64,000 bases of DNA from positions 672,001 to 736,000 of the forward strand of contig CAWFQB010000005.1 of NCBI GenBank assembly GCA_963817895.1, written 5' to 3'. Positions 10,273-19,377 of the stretch are shown one piece after another. How positions within the stretch are numbered: the first letter of the stretch is position 1; each line of letters opens with the position of its first letter. The DNA comes from an uncultured Chthonomonadaceae bacterium. GTDB taxonomy: Bacteria > Armatimonadota > Chthonomonadetes > Chthonomonadales > Chthonomonadaceae. A program made the position numbers and the translations under genes. The notes beneath the pieces were generated by a model. The model was not told the DNA's origin, did not search any database, and was given only the letters and a program-made list of their open reading frames with translations.

Positions 10273-11416
10273 ACTCACCTTACGCAGGCGAGCAGTTTGT
10301 AGTCACAGATTTGCTGTTGTTGACGGTAGAATAGTGTCATGGACAAACAACTTCTGGACCTTTACTCAGACTATCTCCTTTGTTCGTTCGGCCTGACTAC
10401 CGCGACGGGCCTTTCCACCCTGCTCGACGGCGCGATTAGCCACGACAAGATCACGCGGTTCTTGTCAGGACGTGACTTCACTTCTTCGGACCTGTGGCAT
10501 CTGGTCAAACCCTTGGTACGGCAGGTACAATGTGAAGACGCAGTTCTGGTCTTCGATGACAGCATCGAAGAAAAACTCTATACGGATGAAAGCGAACTCA
10601 TTTGCTGGCATTGGGATCATTGCTTCAACCGCAACGTGAAGGGCATCAACATTCTGACCTGTTTGTATCGCGCGCCCACTGCCGCTCTGCCCGTTGCCTT
10701 CGAGTTGATCCAAAAGTCGGCTTGGGAAACGCATAAGAAGACGGGCAAACCCAAGCGAGTGTGTCCCAAGACCAAGAACGAATACCTGCGCGAGATGGTG
10801 GCGCAATGTCAGAAGAACCAATTGCCTTTTCGCTATGTCCTGGCCGACGCTTGGTTCAGCGCGGCAGAAACGATGATGCACCTCAAAAACGAAGGCAAAA
10901 CCGACTTTATCTTCCCGATTAAGGCCAACCGCAAGGTGGCTTTGTCCCAGGAAGACAAGTTGGCAGGCCGCTATATGCCCGTATCCTCGCTTTGCTGCGA
11001 AGCGGACGCCGTATTGAACATCTGGCTGGAGGGGGTAAACTTCCCCCTTCTGCTGTGTAAGCAGGTCTTTACAAACAAGGACGGCAGCCAGGGCGTTCTC
11101 TATCTCGTGACGAGTGACACGACGTTAAGCGGTTGCGACATCCAGACGATCTACCAAAAACGGTGGAAAGTGGAAGAGTATCACAAATCGGTCAAGAGCA
11201 ATGCGAGTTTCGCCAAGTCGCCGACCAAAACTATTCGGACCCAGAGCAACCATATCTTCGCCTGTTTATGGGCGTATGTGAAGTTGGAAAGTCTGCGTTT
11301 GCAGACGCGCTTGAACCATTTTGCGATGAAAGGCAGGCTCTACAAAGCGGCCCTTGCCAGCGCCTACCGCGAACTACAACTGCTCAAAGGCATGAGTGCG
11401 CCTGCGTAAGGTGAGT
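10273..11416 (+). mobile_element. IS701-family insertion sequence
   Basis: Perfect 18-bp TIR ACTCACCTTACGCAGGCG; 5-bp target duplication TAGGT at 10268-10272 and 11417-11421. Confidence 0.9.
10339..11409 (+). CDS. IS701-family transposase
   Basis: SHDKITRFL, LVFDDS..K, VLADAWF, YQKRWKVEEYHK. Confidence 0.9.
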   Translation: MDKQLLDLYSDYLLCSFGLTTATGLSTLLDGAISHDKITRFLSGRDFTSSDLWHLVKPLVRQVQCEDAVLVFDDSIEEKLYTDESELICWHWDHCFNRNVKGINILTCLYRAPTAALPVAFELIQKSAWETHKKTGKPKRVCPKTKNEYLREMVAQCQKNQLPFRYVLADAWFSAAETMMHLKNEGKTDFIFPIKANRKVALSQEDKLAGRYMPVSSLCCEADAVLNIWLEGVNFPLLLCKQVFTNKDGSQGVLYLVTSDTTLSGCDIQTIYQKRWKVEEYHKSVKSNASFAKSPTKTIRTQSNHIFACLWAYVKLESLRLQTRLNHFAMKGRLYKAALASAYRELQLLKGMSAPA

Positions 11417-12152
11417 TAGGTATTGCGCCTTCTTCAATGATAACCGAAGTGACCACATTTTCATTACCCTCGATTATTATATTATTTTCGTGAAGGAGTA
11501 CCAATAAAGGTTCAATGGATATGATGGCAGAAAATCCGTTCTCAGATGATTGGTCCATATGAGTAAGAGATTCGATGAATACGCCGAGCAAAAACCCCCA
11601 TTCGCTTATAACTGGTCCACCACTAAACCCGCCACGGGCAATCGTAGATATAATAAAATGGACATGAGGTGCATTATATCTGTCGATGACTGCGTTTACT
11701 TCACCTGACGCTGCAACTAGATCGCCGCCTAACGAACATGGTATACGCGGATAGCCGATTACAACCACTTCGGTCAGAACGAATTCATCGCCTAACCAAT
11801 CGTCCAAATGGCCCCCAAGTGGTATAAACGAGTGTTTCCCGTCTAGATTGAAATCTGTCTCTAATACAGCCAAGTCAATCTTGGGGTTTTCAGGCTTGAG
11901 AGTCCGTTTACAAGCGACCGTAACTGTTCCGGTCCAGTCAGTAATCTCTTCCAGCTCGCCTGACTCGATTACATGCTTAGCAGTCGCGATGTATCCTCCA
12001 CCTATATGAAAGCCAGATCCGGTTACAAGATCACCTTCTTTATTCTTGGTCGTTATCCTCAAAACGCAGTTTTTGTACTGACTGTAGAGCTTCGAGGTTG
12101 GCTTCATCGTACTGGCCTCCACTGTGGCGTTGCTTTTTTCGGATTGTTCCAT
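11364..12152 (-). CDS. Trypsin-like serine protease; 3' end altered by IS701
   Basis: GSGFHIGGGYIATAKHV, DLAVL, GGFSGGPV. Confidence 0.85.
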   Translation of the reverse strand: MEQSEKSNATVEASTMKPTSKLYSQYKNCVLRITTKNKEGDLVTGSGFHIGGGYIATAKHVIESGELEEITDWTGTVTVACKRTLKPENPKIDLAVLETDFNLDGKHSFIPLGGHLDDWLGDEFVLTEVVVIGYPRIPCSLGGDLVAASGEVNAVIDRYNAPHVHFIISTIARGGFSGGPVISEWGFLLGVFIESLTHMDQSSENGFSAIISIEPLLVLLHENNIIIEGNENVVTSVIIEEGAIPNSPYAGALMPLSSCSSR

Positions 12153-12310
12153 GATAATTTTCGACCCTCCAGGCGATCATTTCATATTGGCTCGCTATGA
12201 AAAAGCGGCTCAAGCAGGCGTCTTTGGGTTCGCCTATTGCCTACCTTTAACAGGTTCCTAAACCCTTTCTTTTGATCGTTGAAAATTGTGGATTATCTCT
12301 CATGCTCTTC

Positions 12311-12424
12311 TACTGAGCGTTGCATAAAGAAGTAAAATCCAGAACCGTGCGAACGTCCCACTTAGGATCATATCTACCAGTTCCAGCGACCGGGCAAGTT
12401 GATTTCTTTATGCAACGCTCAGCA
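12311..12424. mobile_element. MITE-like element, inverted copy of 8456-8570
   Basis: Same TIR; internal sequence is the reverse complement with some substitutions. Confidence 0.75.
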
Positions 12425-12727
12425 GTACTCGATCAGGTAGAACAGTTCAGCAGAGGCATTTCTAGTCGGCCCTGTGTTTGATGAGGGTTCAGCAAGCAGA
12501 ACTCCTACATCGTAGTATAACCCAACTTGCTAACTTAAGCCGTATTTGAGATAGGCGCGTACAGAAGGTAGCACTTTGCGCCAAATCTTCAAGATTGGGA
12601 AGTTAAGGTAGCAACTGTTGTGAAAAGAGCAACCTGAACTCGTCGTTAGTCTACTATTTTCATGTAGCGCGGTGAACGAAGTTCATGTTGGCTTGGGTTA
12701 GTATACTGTTCTACCTTGGTCAAGTAC
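12425..12727. mobile_element. MITE-like element, second family
   Basis: Ends gtactcgatcaggtagaacagt and actgttctaccttggtcaagtac; related ends at 38069-38220. Confidence 0.55.
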
Positions 12728-12735
12728 GTGCTGTT

Positions 12736-13416
12736 TCAAGCAGGAAACATGGCAATAAAGTTTCTCAAACCTTGTAAAAACAGAGCAATCTGTTCTTGTG
12801 TGTAATCACCATACTTACCATGCGCGGCCATATTTCGCAGAGCGAGCCAAGCAATTACTTGCGCTTGTTCTGGTTTGCCGTACACATTCGCTTTGTACAG
12901 ATCGGAGTTGAGAGTGTCACCCATCTTATGCTTGACTTCTCCCCTCGTGTTTGTAAATTCCAGTTTAATACCATTCTTCTGGCATAGTTGCCGTAAATGC
13001 TCCTCCAAGACACCACCTGTTATTACTGCTGCAGGGTCCTTATGGCCTTCGCTAAGGAAATATTGAGCATTTTCAAGAAAGTCTGAGAACAGGTCGGCAT
13101 GGATCAACTCACGCAAGGTCGTAAGGTAGCCAGCCGAAATGTCTGCTTTTAATGCCTGAGTAACTCCGTAAACACCACGCACATTCAGAATACTTAGGCC
13201 TGATCCCATATACTTACGCTGGGCTTCTTCTCTCAACCTTGCAGCATAGTCGCTGTTTGGGCCAGCTATTCGATTGACACAAGATGTACAACGAGTAACT
13301 AGCATTGCTAAGTCTGCCATAGATGGATATTGTACATTCTCAATAGCTTTGAACAGTTGATCCAACGGTTCAAATTGACTAAGTAGTATTGTAGCATCAG
13401 TTTGCATTTCAGTCAC
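12736..13416 (-). CDS. HEPN/DUF4145-like protein
   Basis: AAVITGGVLEEHLRQLC, and RNMAAH (R-x4-H) near the C-terminus. Confidence 0.65.
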   Translation of the reverse strand: MTEMQTDATILLSQFEPLDQLFKAIENVQYPSMADLAMLVTRCTSCVNRIAGPNSDYAARLREEAQRKYMGSGLSILNVRGVYGVTQALKADISAGYLTTLRELIHADLFSDFLENAQYFLSEGHKDPAAVITGGVLEEHLRQLCQKNGIKLEFTNTRGEVKHKMGDTLNSDLYKANVYGKPEQAQVIAWLALRNMAAHGKYGDYTQEQIALFLQGLRNFIAMFPA

Positions 13417-13609
13417 CCTGTCTGTGCATTTCGCTCACTTCTTAAATGTGACTCTATAATAAAAGGAAAAGTTGCGTGATTGTTGGCTCGTAACGAAGTT
13501 TAAGCTGCTGGACGTATATTTCGTTTCGAGGATGGTGTATCCCTCCTGATTTGTACGCAGACTTCAACTTGGCATTGATATTGAATATAGATTTTATTTA
13601 AGAGCCGCT

Positions 13610-14113
13610 ATGCAAACCCTTGAACGCTTCGTAGAGATTGACGCGCCGCTGGAAACGGTGTTCGCGTTTTTGACGGATATTCGCAACCATGCGCGTTTGT
13701 CGCCACCGCACACGCAGGAAGAACTCGTTGATCCCGGCGATGTGCCGCTCAAACTCGGCACGACGGTTCGGCTGCGCGGCAGGTACGGCGGCATCCACTG
13801 GCCGCTGGCCTCGCGTATCACCGTCTTTGAAGCGCCCGGACAGCCCCACCCTGACCGCGCTTACTTCCGCGATGAGCAGGTACGCGGGCCGTTTGGCGTG
13901 TGGCGGCACGACCACTGGATGCAAGCCCTCCCTGACAACCGGACGCGCCTGACCGACCGCATGGAATTTTCAGCCCCCTTCTGGCCGCTCGGCCTGCCTG
14001 TCGAACGCTTCTGGCTGCGGCGGGTAATTACCGAACTGCTTACGCATCTGCAAACGGCTGCCAAACACATTCTGGAAACAGAGGAGATTCCCCTGCCCGC
14101 CGCGAATGAATAA
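13610..14113 (+). CDS. SRPBCC-family protein
   Basis: IDAPLETVFAF, F.DEQVRGPF..W.H.H. Confidence 0.85.
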   Translation: MQTLERFVEIDAPLETVFAFLTDIRNHARLSPPHTQEELVDPGDVPLKLGTTVRLRGRYGGIHWPLASRITVFEAPGQPHPDRAYFRDEQVRGPFGVWRHDHWMQALPDNRTRLTDRMEFSAPFWPLGLPVERFWLRRVITELLTHLQTAAKHILETEEIPLPAANE

Positions 14114-14120
14114 AGAGGAG

Positions 14121-14225
14121 TAAACCACGGGGAACACGGGGAACACGGGGCGAGGAAAAGGGGAGAACACAACTTTCTTCTTTATCTCCTCTCCTCCCCG
14201 TGTCCCCCGTGTTCCCCGTGGTTAA
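14121..14225. repeat. Palindrome of 9-mer tandem repeats (ACACGGGGA)
   Basis: aaccacggggaacacggggaacacgggg ... ccccgtgtcccccgtgttccccgtggtt. Confidence 0.8.
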
Positions 14226-14246
14226 TAATTTTTAAGGAGATTGGAC

Positions 14247-15377
14247 ATGCCAACGACGGATGGGCAGGCGGTATTGCTGAATGAGGCGGGAACGCCCGCC
14301 ACGCTGGAAGACATTACGGTGGACGCGCCGGGGCCGGGGGAAGTGATGATTCGGGTGGTAGCGAGCGGGGTTTGCCACACGGATTTGACCATCAAAAACC
14401 AGAACGGGGGCGGGATGAAGTTCCCGATTGTGCTGGGACACGAGGGCGCGGGCTATGTGGAACAGGTGGGGGAGGGCGTGACGCATTTGCAGCCGGGCGA
14501 TCCGGTTGTCATCGCGTACCGCGCCCCGTGCGAACAGTGTCCCGCGTGTCGGCGGGGCGATCCGCGCCACTGCTACGCGGCCCTGCGTCCCAAACAGCGT
14601 ATTCACCGCAAGCGCGACGGGGCGTTATGTTCGCAGGTTTTGCGCTGCGGCACGTTCTCCACGCATACGGTTGTGCATGGCAAGGCGGCAGTCAAAATGC
14701 CGAAAGAGATGCCGCTGGATAAAGCCTGCTTGATCGCCTGCGGCGTGATTACGGGCGTGGGCGCGACCATGAACACCACGCATGTCTGGCCGGGGGCGAG
14801 CGTTGCCATTGTGGGCTGCGGCGGGGTTGGCCTGAGCGTGATACAGGGCGCGAAACTGGCCCACGCCAAAACCATTATCGCCGTTGATGTCAACCCGGTC
14901 AAACTGCAATGGGCCAAAGATTACGGCGCGACCCACACCGTCAACGCGCTCGATGGCGATCCCGTTGCGGCAGTGCGCGGCCTTGTCACGGATGCGTGGC
15001 CGGGATATGAGGGTGGCGTGGACTTCGCGTATGAGGCGACCGGCCTGATGAAGTGCGTGGAGCAGTGCGTCCGCATGGTCAACTATGGCGGCACTGCCGT
15101 CAATATCGGCTTTCCCGGCCCGACTGATGAGGTCACGCTCAACGTCGGCAACATTGATACGGGCGTGTACTGGAACAAAGCGGGTCTTGCCGTCTGTCAC
15201 GCGGGCGATACCCTGCCCTCCCACGACTTTCCCCTCCTCGCGCAACTGTACCTGCAAGGGCTACTGAAACTCGACGAAATGGTGACAAACGTAATCGGGC
15301 TTGACGACGTGGAAGACGCTTTCCACGAGATGGAAACCGGCAACGTGATCCGCTCCGTCATCAAATTGCCGCAGTAA
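14247..15377 (+). CDS. Zn-dependent alcohol dehydrogenase (class III/formaldehyde dehydrogenase-like)
   Basis: GVCHTD, GHEGAG, C..C..C.......C, GCGGVG. Confidence 0.9.
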   Translation: MPTTDGQAVLLNEAGTPATLEDITVDAPGPGEVMIRVVASGVCHTDLTIKNQNGGGMKFPIVLGHEGAGYVEQVGEGVTHLQPGDPVVIAYRAPCEQCPACRRGDPRHCYAALRPKQRIHRKRDGALCSQVLRCGTFSTHTVVHGKAAVKMPKEMPLDKACLIACGVITGVGATMNTTHVWPGASVAIVGCGGVGLSVIQGAKLAHAKTIIAVDVNPVKLQWAKDYGATHTVNALDGDPVAAVRGLVTDAWPGYEGGVDFAYEATGLMKCVEQCVRMVNYGGTAVNIGFPGPTDEVTLNVGNIDTGVYWNKAGLAVCHAGDTLPSHDFPLLAQLYLQGLLKLDEMVTNVIGLDDVEDAFHEMETGNVIRSVIKLPQ

Positions 15378-15546
15378 CGGTTGCATGCCTTGCATCCATA
15401 CAGACATCCCTGCACGCGGGAACATTCGGCTTCGGCTTGCCATTCGGCAGGCGGGAGCCGAATTTTATTGGGAACTTCAAGCGTCAAATACGAGTCTGGT
15501 ATAGTGTCCACGATGACAAAAGTATGTCGGTTTAGAGGTAACACAA

Positions 15547-16449
15547 ATGAACAGCAAGCAAACCAAACAAGCAAATTACGCGATTTTTACAGCGGCAGCC
15601 CTGACGCTATCGCTTATTGGCGCGAGGGCGCAGGTCGTTTCCACGCCCTACGGCAACCTTCCCTACGGCGCGAAGCCCGTCAGCCTGTCGCCCTCCGCGC
15701 CCTATACAACGAACCGATTTAACACCAATACGCAGAACTACGGCGTGTTCGGCGGCGCGAATGGCGCGGCGGCCTTTCCCACCGGCGCGCTGAACAGCGG
15801 CTACGCTTCCAGTTTTTACGGCTTGGGCGGCTCTACCAGCCCGTTCGCTTCCGCCGCCTACTTCGGGTATGGCCTGCCTACCCTTTTCGGCGGCTATCCC
15901 TATGGCTATGCGGCAAATGGATTGGGCAGCGTGTACGCGGGCAGCAATATCAGCGTGATAGACAGCCCTCTTAATGGTGGGTTCACGGTCATCAACCCGA
16001 ACGGCGCGTATTTTGTCGGGCCGAACGGCCAGCCGTCCGATTTCGCCCTCACAAACGGCGGAACCATTGCTTCTCTTAGCGGCAGCAACGGGGGAATTAA
16101 CCGCCTCCCGGTTCACAGTGGACGCAACGCCAATACGCAAGCCGGAACCGGGCAAAGCACGGACATTTCTACAGCCAGACCCGTATCCCTGAAGCAGATG
16201 ATTGGAGCGACGCAGGACGCCAATTTCAACCTGCATATCAGATGGCTTGGCGATCCTGCCCTGATTGACGCGATGAACGTCACCCTGCTCAATCGGTACC
16301 ATCTGCCTATCGTTTCCAACACGGCCTCCAATGGTAAGCCGGTGACATTCGCCGCTAACCGCGACGCGTACGCCGCGCAGTATTATCGCGTAGACATCCA
16401 GTACACCGATGGCGCGGTGGCAACGGTCACGGGGAAGATCAAAAGATAA
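15547..16449 (+). CDS. Secreted Gly/Tyr-rich hypothetical protein
   Basis: Signal peptide ending ARAQ; RBS GAGG. Confidence 0.65.
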   Translation: MNSKQTKQANYAIFTAAALTLSLIGARAQVVSTPYGNLPYGAKPVSLSPSAPYTTNRFNTNTQNYGVFGGANGAAAFPTGALNSGYASSFYGLGGSTSPFASAAYFGYGLPTLFGGYPYGYAANGLGSVYAGSNISVIDSPLNGGFTVINPNGAYFVGPNGQPSDFALTNGGTIASLSGSNGGINRLPVHSGRNANTQAGTGQSTDISTARPVSLKQMIGATQDANFNLHIRWLGDPALIDAMNVTLLNRYHLPIVSNTASNGKPVTFAANRDAYAAQYYRVDIQYTDGAVATVTGKIKR

Positions 16450-16533
16450 GGATGAGGGGTGAAGGATGAAATACTGCTCTAACCTTGTTTGATTTACTTG
16501 CAAGGTAGATATAGACAGGAGCAGTTTCATCCT

Positions 16534-18294
16534 TCATCCTTCATCCTTGCTCTTCCACCATTCCGGTTTTACGTCGTCAAAGCAATGGTCGCGGGTTCGG
16601 ATTTCTTCCAGAAGGGTTTGGTCAGCGGGCGTGAGAGGCGTTGGGAATGTGGCGGCGCGGCGTGTCAGCGCGGCTAACTGCGTAAATTTCTCGTAGTGGT
16701 ATTTGATGCGTTGCTCGGCGTAATCGCGGCTGGCATACGTGCTGATGTTGAAGGTCCAATCGGACGATTCCAGCAGAAGCAGTTCCCGCGCCGCCTGTTT
16801 CAGAATGGGCTGCACACTCGCCACATCTCCGTACTGTTGCGCCAATGCGGTCATTTCCCGCTCCGCCGCATAGATGTTCTCCCATACCCATGCCGTTGCC
16901 TCGTTGAGCCATGTCCAGTGGTAGCCGCCCTCGCCCCACGAGCCTTCCGGCAGGGACACGGTTTGCGTGGGCGGATTCTCCTGTTGGTAGGTTCCGCAGG
17001 TTACAGCCGCAATGTCGCTGTCTTCATGCAGGCGTTTCAGCGCGTAATACAGGAACTCCGGCCCCTCGAACCACCAATGCCCGAACAGTTCCGTATCGTA
17101 CATGGCGGTCACAAGGCCGTTTGTGCCATACTGCTTCTTGTGTTCCCGCAGCGTGTCGCGTATCACGCCGACAAAATGCCGCGCGTGTTCCTGTACTCGC
17201 CCCTGCGCCGTTCGGGGTTCATAGAGTTGCTTGCCGCCCAAATCCTGTTTATTGTCGGACACGCGCCAGTAACGCAGATAACCGGGATAGTGCTTTCTGT
17301 GAAACTCCAGATAATACGGGTCGCCGGGGTAGCCGCTTTCGCCACTCCAAACCTGCGCCCCCGTCTGCGGGTCACGGCTGAAAACAGTCAGGTCTTGGTG
17401 ATTGGTGGTTGGTTGTTGGTGGTTGGGTAGGGGCGCGTTTGTTTCGGCTTGAACGCGATAGGGCGTGTAGGGCGTTCGGTCGGCGATTTCCGGCGTGTAG
17501 GTTTCGGAGAACTGCGCCCAGAGTTCCTCCAATCCGCCAAAACGATCCCGGTACACGCCAATGGCTTCGCCGCCCTTGAGCAGATGCGAATCCACGAAAA
17601 AATATCGCAAGCCCTGTTCGGCCAGCAGTGTTTCGATGCCTTTGCGCTGAATCGGGGTTGGCGTACGGAACTTCTCGACAGGCGAGTTCCAGGCGTAGCC
17701 CGGACGATACGCGCACTCCGGCAGCCAGAAGCCGCGCGGACGATGTCCAAAATGCTTCACGTATGTTTGTACGCCCTGCGCGATTTGCGCCCGTATGCCG
17801 GCGTCTGTGCCGAGCAGGGGCAAATAGCCGTGCGTGGCCGCGCTCGTCAGGATTTCAATATGTCCGTCTGCTTGTAACTGGCCGAACGCGCCGAGAAGGT
17901 TCCGCGCATACGTTTCCTGAAACTGCTGTTGGATATGAGTATAGAAATTTTCCCAGTAGTGCGCCAGCCCTAACAGGTGCATGTCGCCTTCGCGGGTGAA
18001 TTGCGCCTGATTGTCGCGCGCCATCTGAACTTTGTGCTGTAAATAGGCGTCGAACTCCGCGTGAAAAGCTATATCCGCTAGCTGTTCCATTAGAATAGGC
18101 GTCAGGCCAACCGTGATTTGGGGTGAAATGCCCTCCTCGACAAGCCGAAACAGCGCGTCCAGCAGGGGAATATAGGTTTCCGCCGCCACTTCGGACAGCC
18201 AATCCGTGCCGTGTGGCGAGCGGCCATGCGCGAGAACGTAAGGAATGTGGGAATGAAGCACAAGCGCGAAACTGCCAACGAGGGGAGGTGTCAA
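16534..18294 (-). CDS. GH57 1,4-alpha-glucan branching enzyme (DUF1957)
   Basis: LVLHSHIPYV, GFWLPECAY, YDTELFGHWWFEG, ARELLLLESSDW. Confidence 0.9.
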   Translation of the reverse strand: MTPPLVGSFALVLHSHIPYVLAHGRSPHGTDWLSEVAAETYIPLLDALFRLVEEGISPQITVGLTPILMEQLADIAFHAEFDAYLQHKVQMARDNQAQFTREGDMHLLGLAHYWENFYTHIQQQFQETYARNLLGAFGQLQADGHIEILTSAATHGYLPLLGTDAGIRAQIAQGVQTYVKHFGHRPRGFWLPECAYRPGYAWNSPVEKFRTPTPIQRKGIETLLAEQGLRYFFVDSHLLKGGEAIGVYRDRFGGLEELWAQFSETYTPEIADRTPYTPYRVQAETNAPLPNHQQPTTNHQDLTVFSRDPQTGAQVWSGESGYPGDPYYLEFHRKHYPGYLRYWRVSDNKQDLGGKQLYEPRTAQGRVQEHARHFVGVIRDTLREHKKQYGTNGLVTAMYDTELFGHWWFEGPEFLYYALKRLHEDSDIAAVTCGTYQQENPPTQTVSLPEGSWGEGGYHWTWLNEATAWVWENIYAAEREMTALAQQYGDVASVQPILKQAARELLLLESSDWTFNISTYASRDYAEQRIKYHYEKFTQLAALTRRAATFPTPLTPADQTLLEEIRTRDHCFDDVKPEWWKSKDEG

Positions 18295-18558
18295 AGAGGT
18301 TTCCTTATAAGTATAGATGCGCTTATATTCTACGCGGGCGGGCTGTTGACCTGCCGGAACTTGCCGAAACACGCAAAAACACCTGAAAGCGAGGCGTAAC
18401 CCGCGTAAAAACAGGAACGCTACTATTCCGCAGAATATTTTTCAACCTTATGCCTGCCGCATACGTATAACAGTGAGAGGTACACCATCATAAACACGAA
18501 AACCACCACAGACACCAAAACCGGCACAGACACCAAAACTGGTACAGACGCCAAACCA

Positions 18559-18867
18559 ATGCAGCACGATTTTTATCTGCCCTCCGCTTCCGAGCAGGAG
18601 GGAATGTGGCAGCCCCTTGCTACTGCGCTTCCACTGGAACCGGGCAAGCGCCTGTGCGAACAGCACTTCTTAAAACGCTGTCGCACACTTTTGCAGCGGC
18701 TTCCCCTTGAACAGCAGAAACAGGTTTCCTTTAACACGCTGGAATCCATTTCGCTTCAATGGAAAGTGCTGGAATCGGGCGAACAGGAGGGTCATCTGAA
18801 TACAAAACTGCCCGAACTGTTGAACCCTCTCGCCAATCTAAACTACAAACTGCGCCCAACGGCCTAG
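18559..18867 (+). CDS. Hypothetical protein
   Basis: 102-aa ORF; no motif recognised. Confidence 0.45.
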   Translation: MQHDFYLPSASEQEGMWQPLATALPLEPGKRLCEQHFLKRCRTLLQRLPLEQQKQVSFNTLESISLQWKVLESGEQEGHLNTKLPELLNPLANLNYKLRPTA

Positions 18868-18873
18868 TAAATC

Positions 18874-18902
18874 GTAGGGGTTCCGCTTGCTGAACCCTCC
18901 TC
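18874..18902. repeat. REP-like element (near-identical copy at about 38108)
   Basis: gtaggggtt(cc/ct)gcttgctgaaccctcctc. Confidence 0.65.
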
Positions 18903-18940
18903 ATAAAGGGGGCTGAACCCTCTGCAATTTCCAATCAGCA

Positions 18941-18974
18941 AAACGCCCGTTCTCCCTGCGAAGAACGGGCGTTT
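18941..18974. terminator. Bidirectional intrinsic terminator
   Basis: aaacgcccgttct-N8-agaacgggcgttt between convergent ORFs. Confidence 0.75.
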
Positions 18975-18995
18975 ATGAATCATCGGTATCAGCGA

Positions 18996-19178
18996 TCAGG
19001 CCGCGATACCGGCTGCCGCGCAGCACTTGCGGTACATGACCGCTTTGCCGGCGGGGGTCAACTGACGAACCACATCCGGTTTGGTGCCACAGATGCGGCA
19101 GGTGATCTGCTGCGTCTTCAGTTCGGCGCGGGCGGTAACGTTGGTTTTGGACGTACCCTTGCTTGCTGCTTTTGCCAT
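18996..19178 (-). CDS. Small basic protein with CxxC...CC (possible Zn ribbon)
   Basis: RBS AAGGGAG; CRICG ... RKCC; followed by a terminator. Confidence 0.6.
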   Translation of the reverse strand: MAKAASKGTSKTNVTARAELKTQQITCRICGTKPDVVRQLTPAGKAVMYRKCCAAAGIAA

Positions 19179-19377
19179 TGGAATTCTCCCTTGCTACTCG
19201 ATACTTTAGTGTTTCGACGTTTCAGCGACTTCTATAATTAGTATACCACAACCGCGCCGCCCGCGCGTGATAATATCGCGGCGCGTTCGTACATTCGTAC
19301 AAGGAGTTCCGGGCATCAACGCCGAAAGTAACGCCGCAGACAGTCTCGTATACGGGCGGTGTTGAAGGTCAGTTATC

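Noticed and set aside
18488..18558. 18-bp repeats (TDTKTG) upstream of ORF 18559
   Set aside because: Only about three degenerate units, with no canonical in-frame start; they may be an N-terminal extension but the evidence is insufficient.
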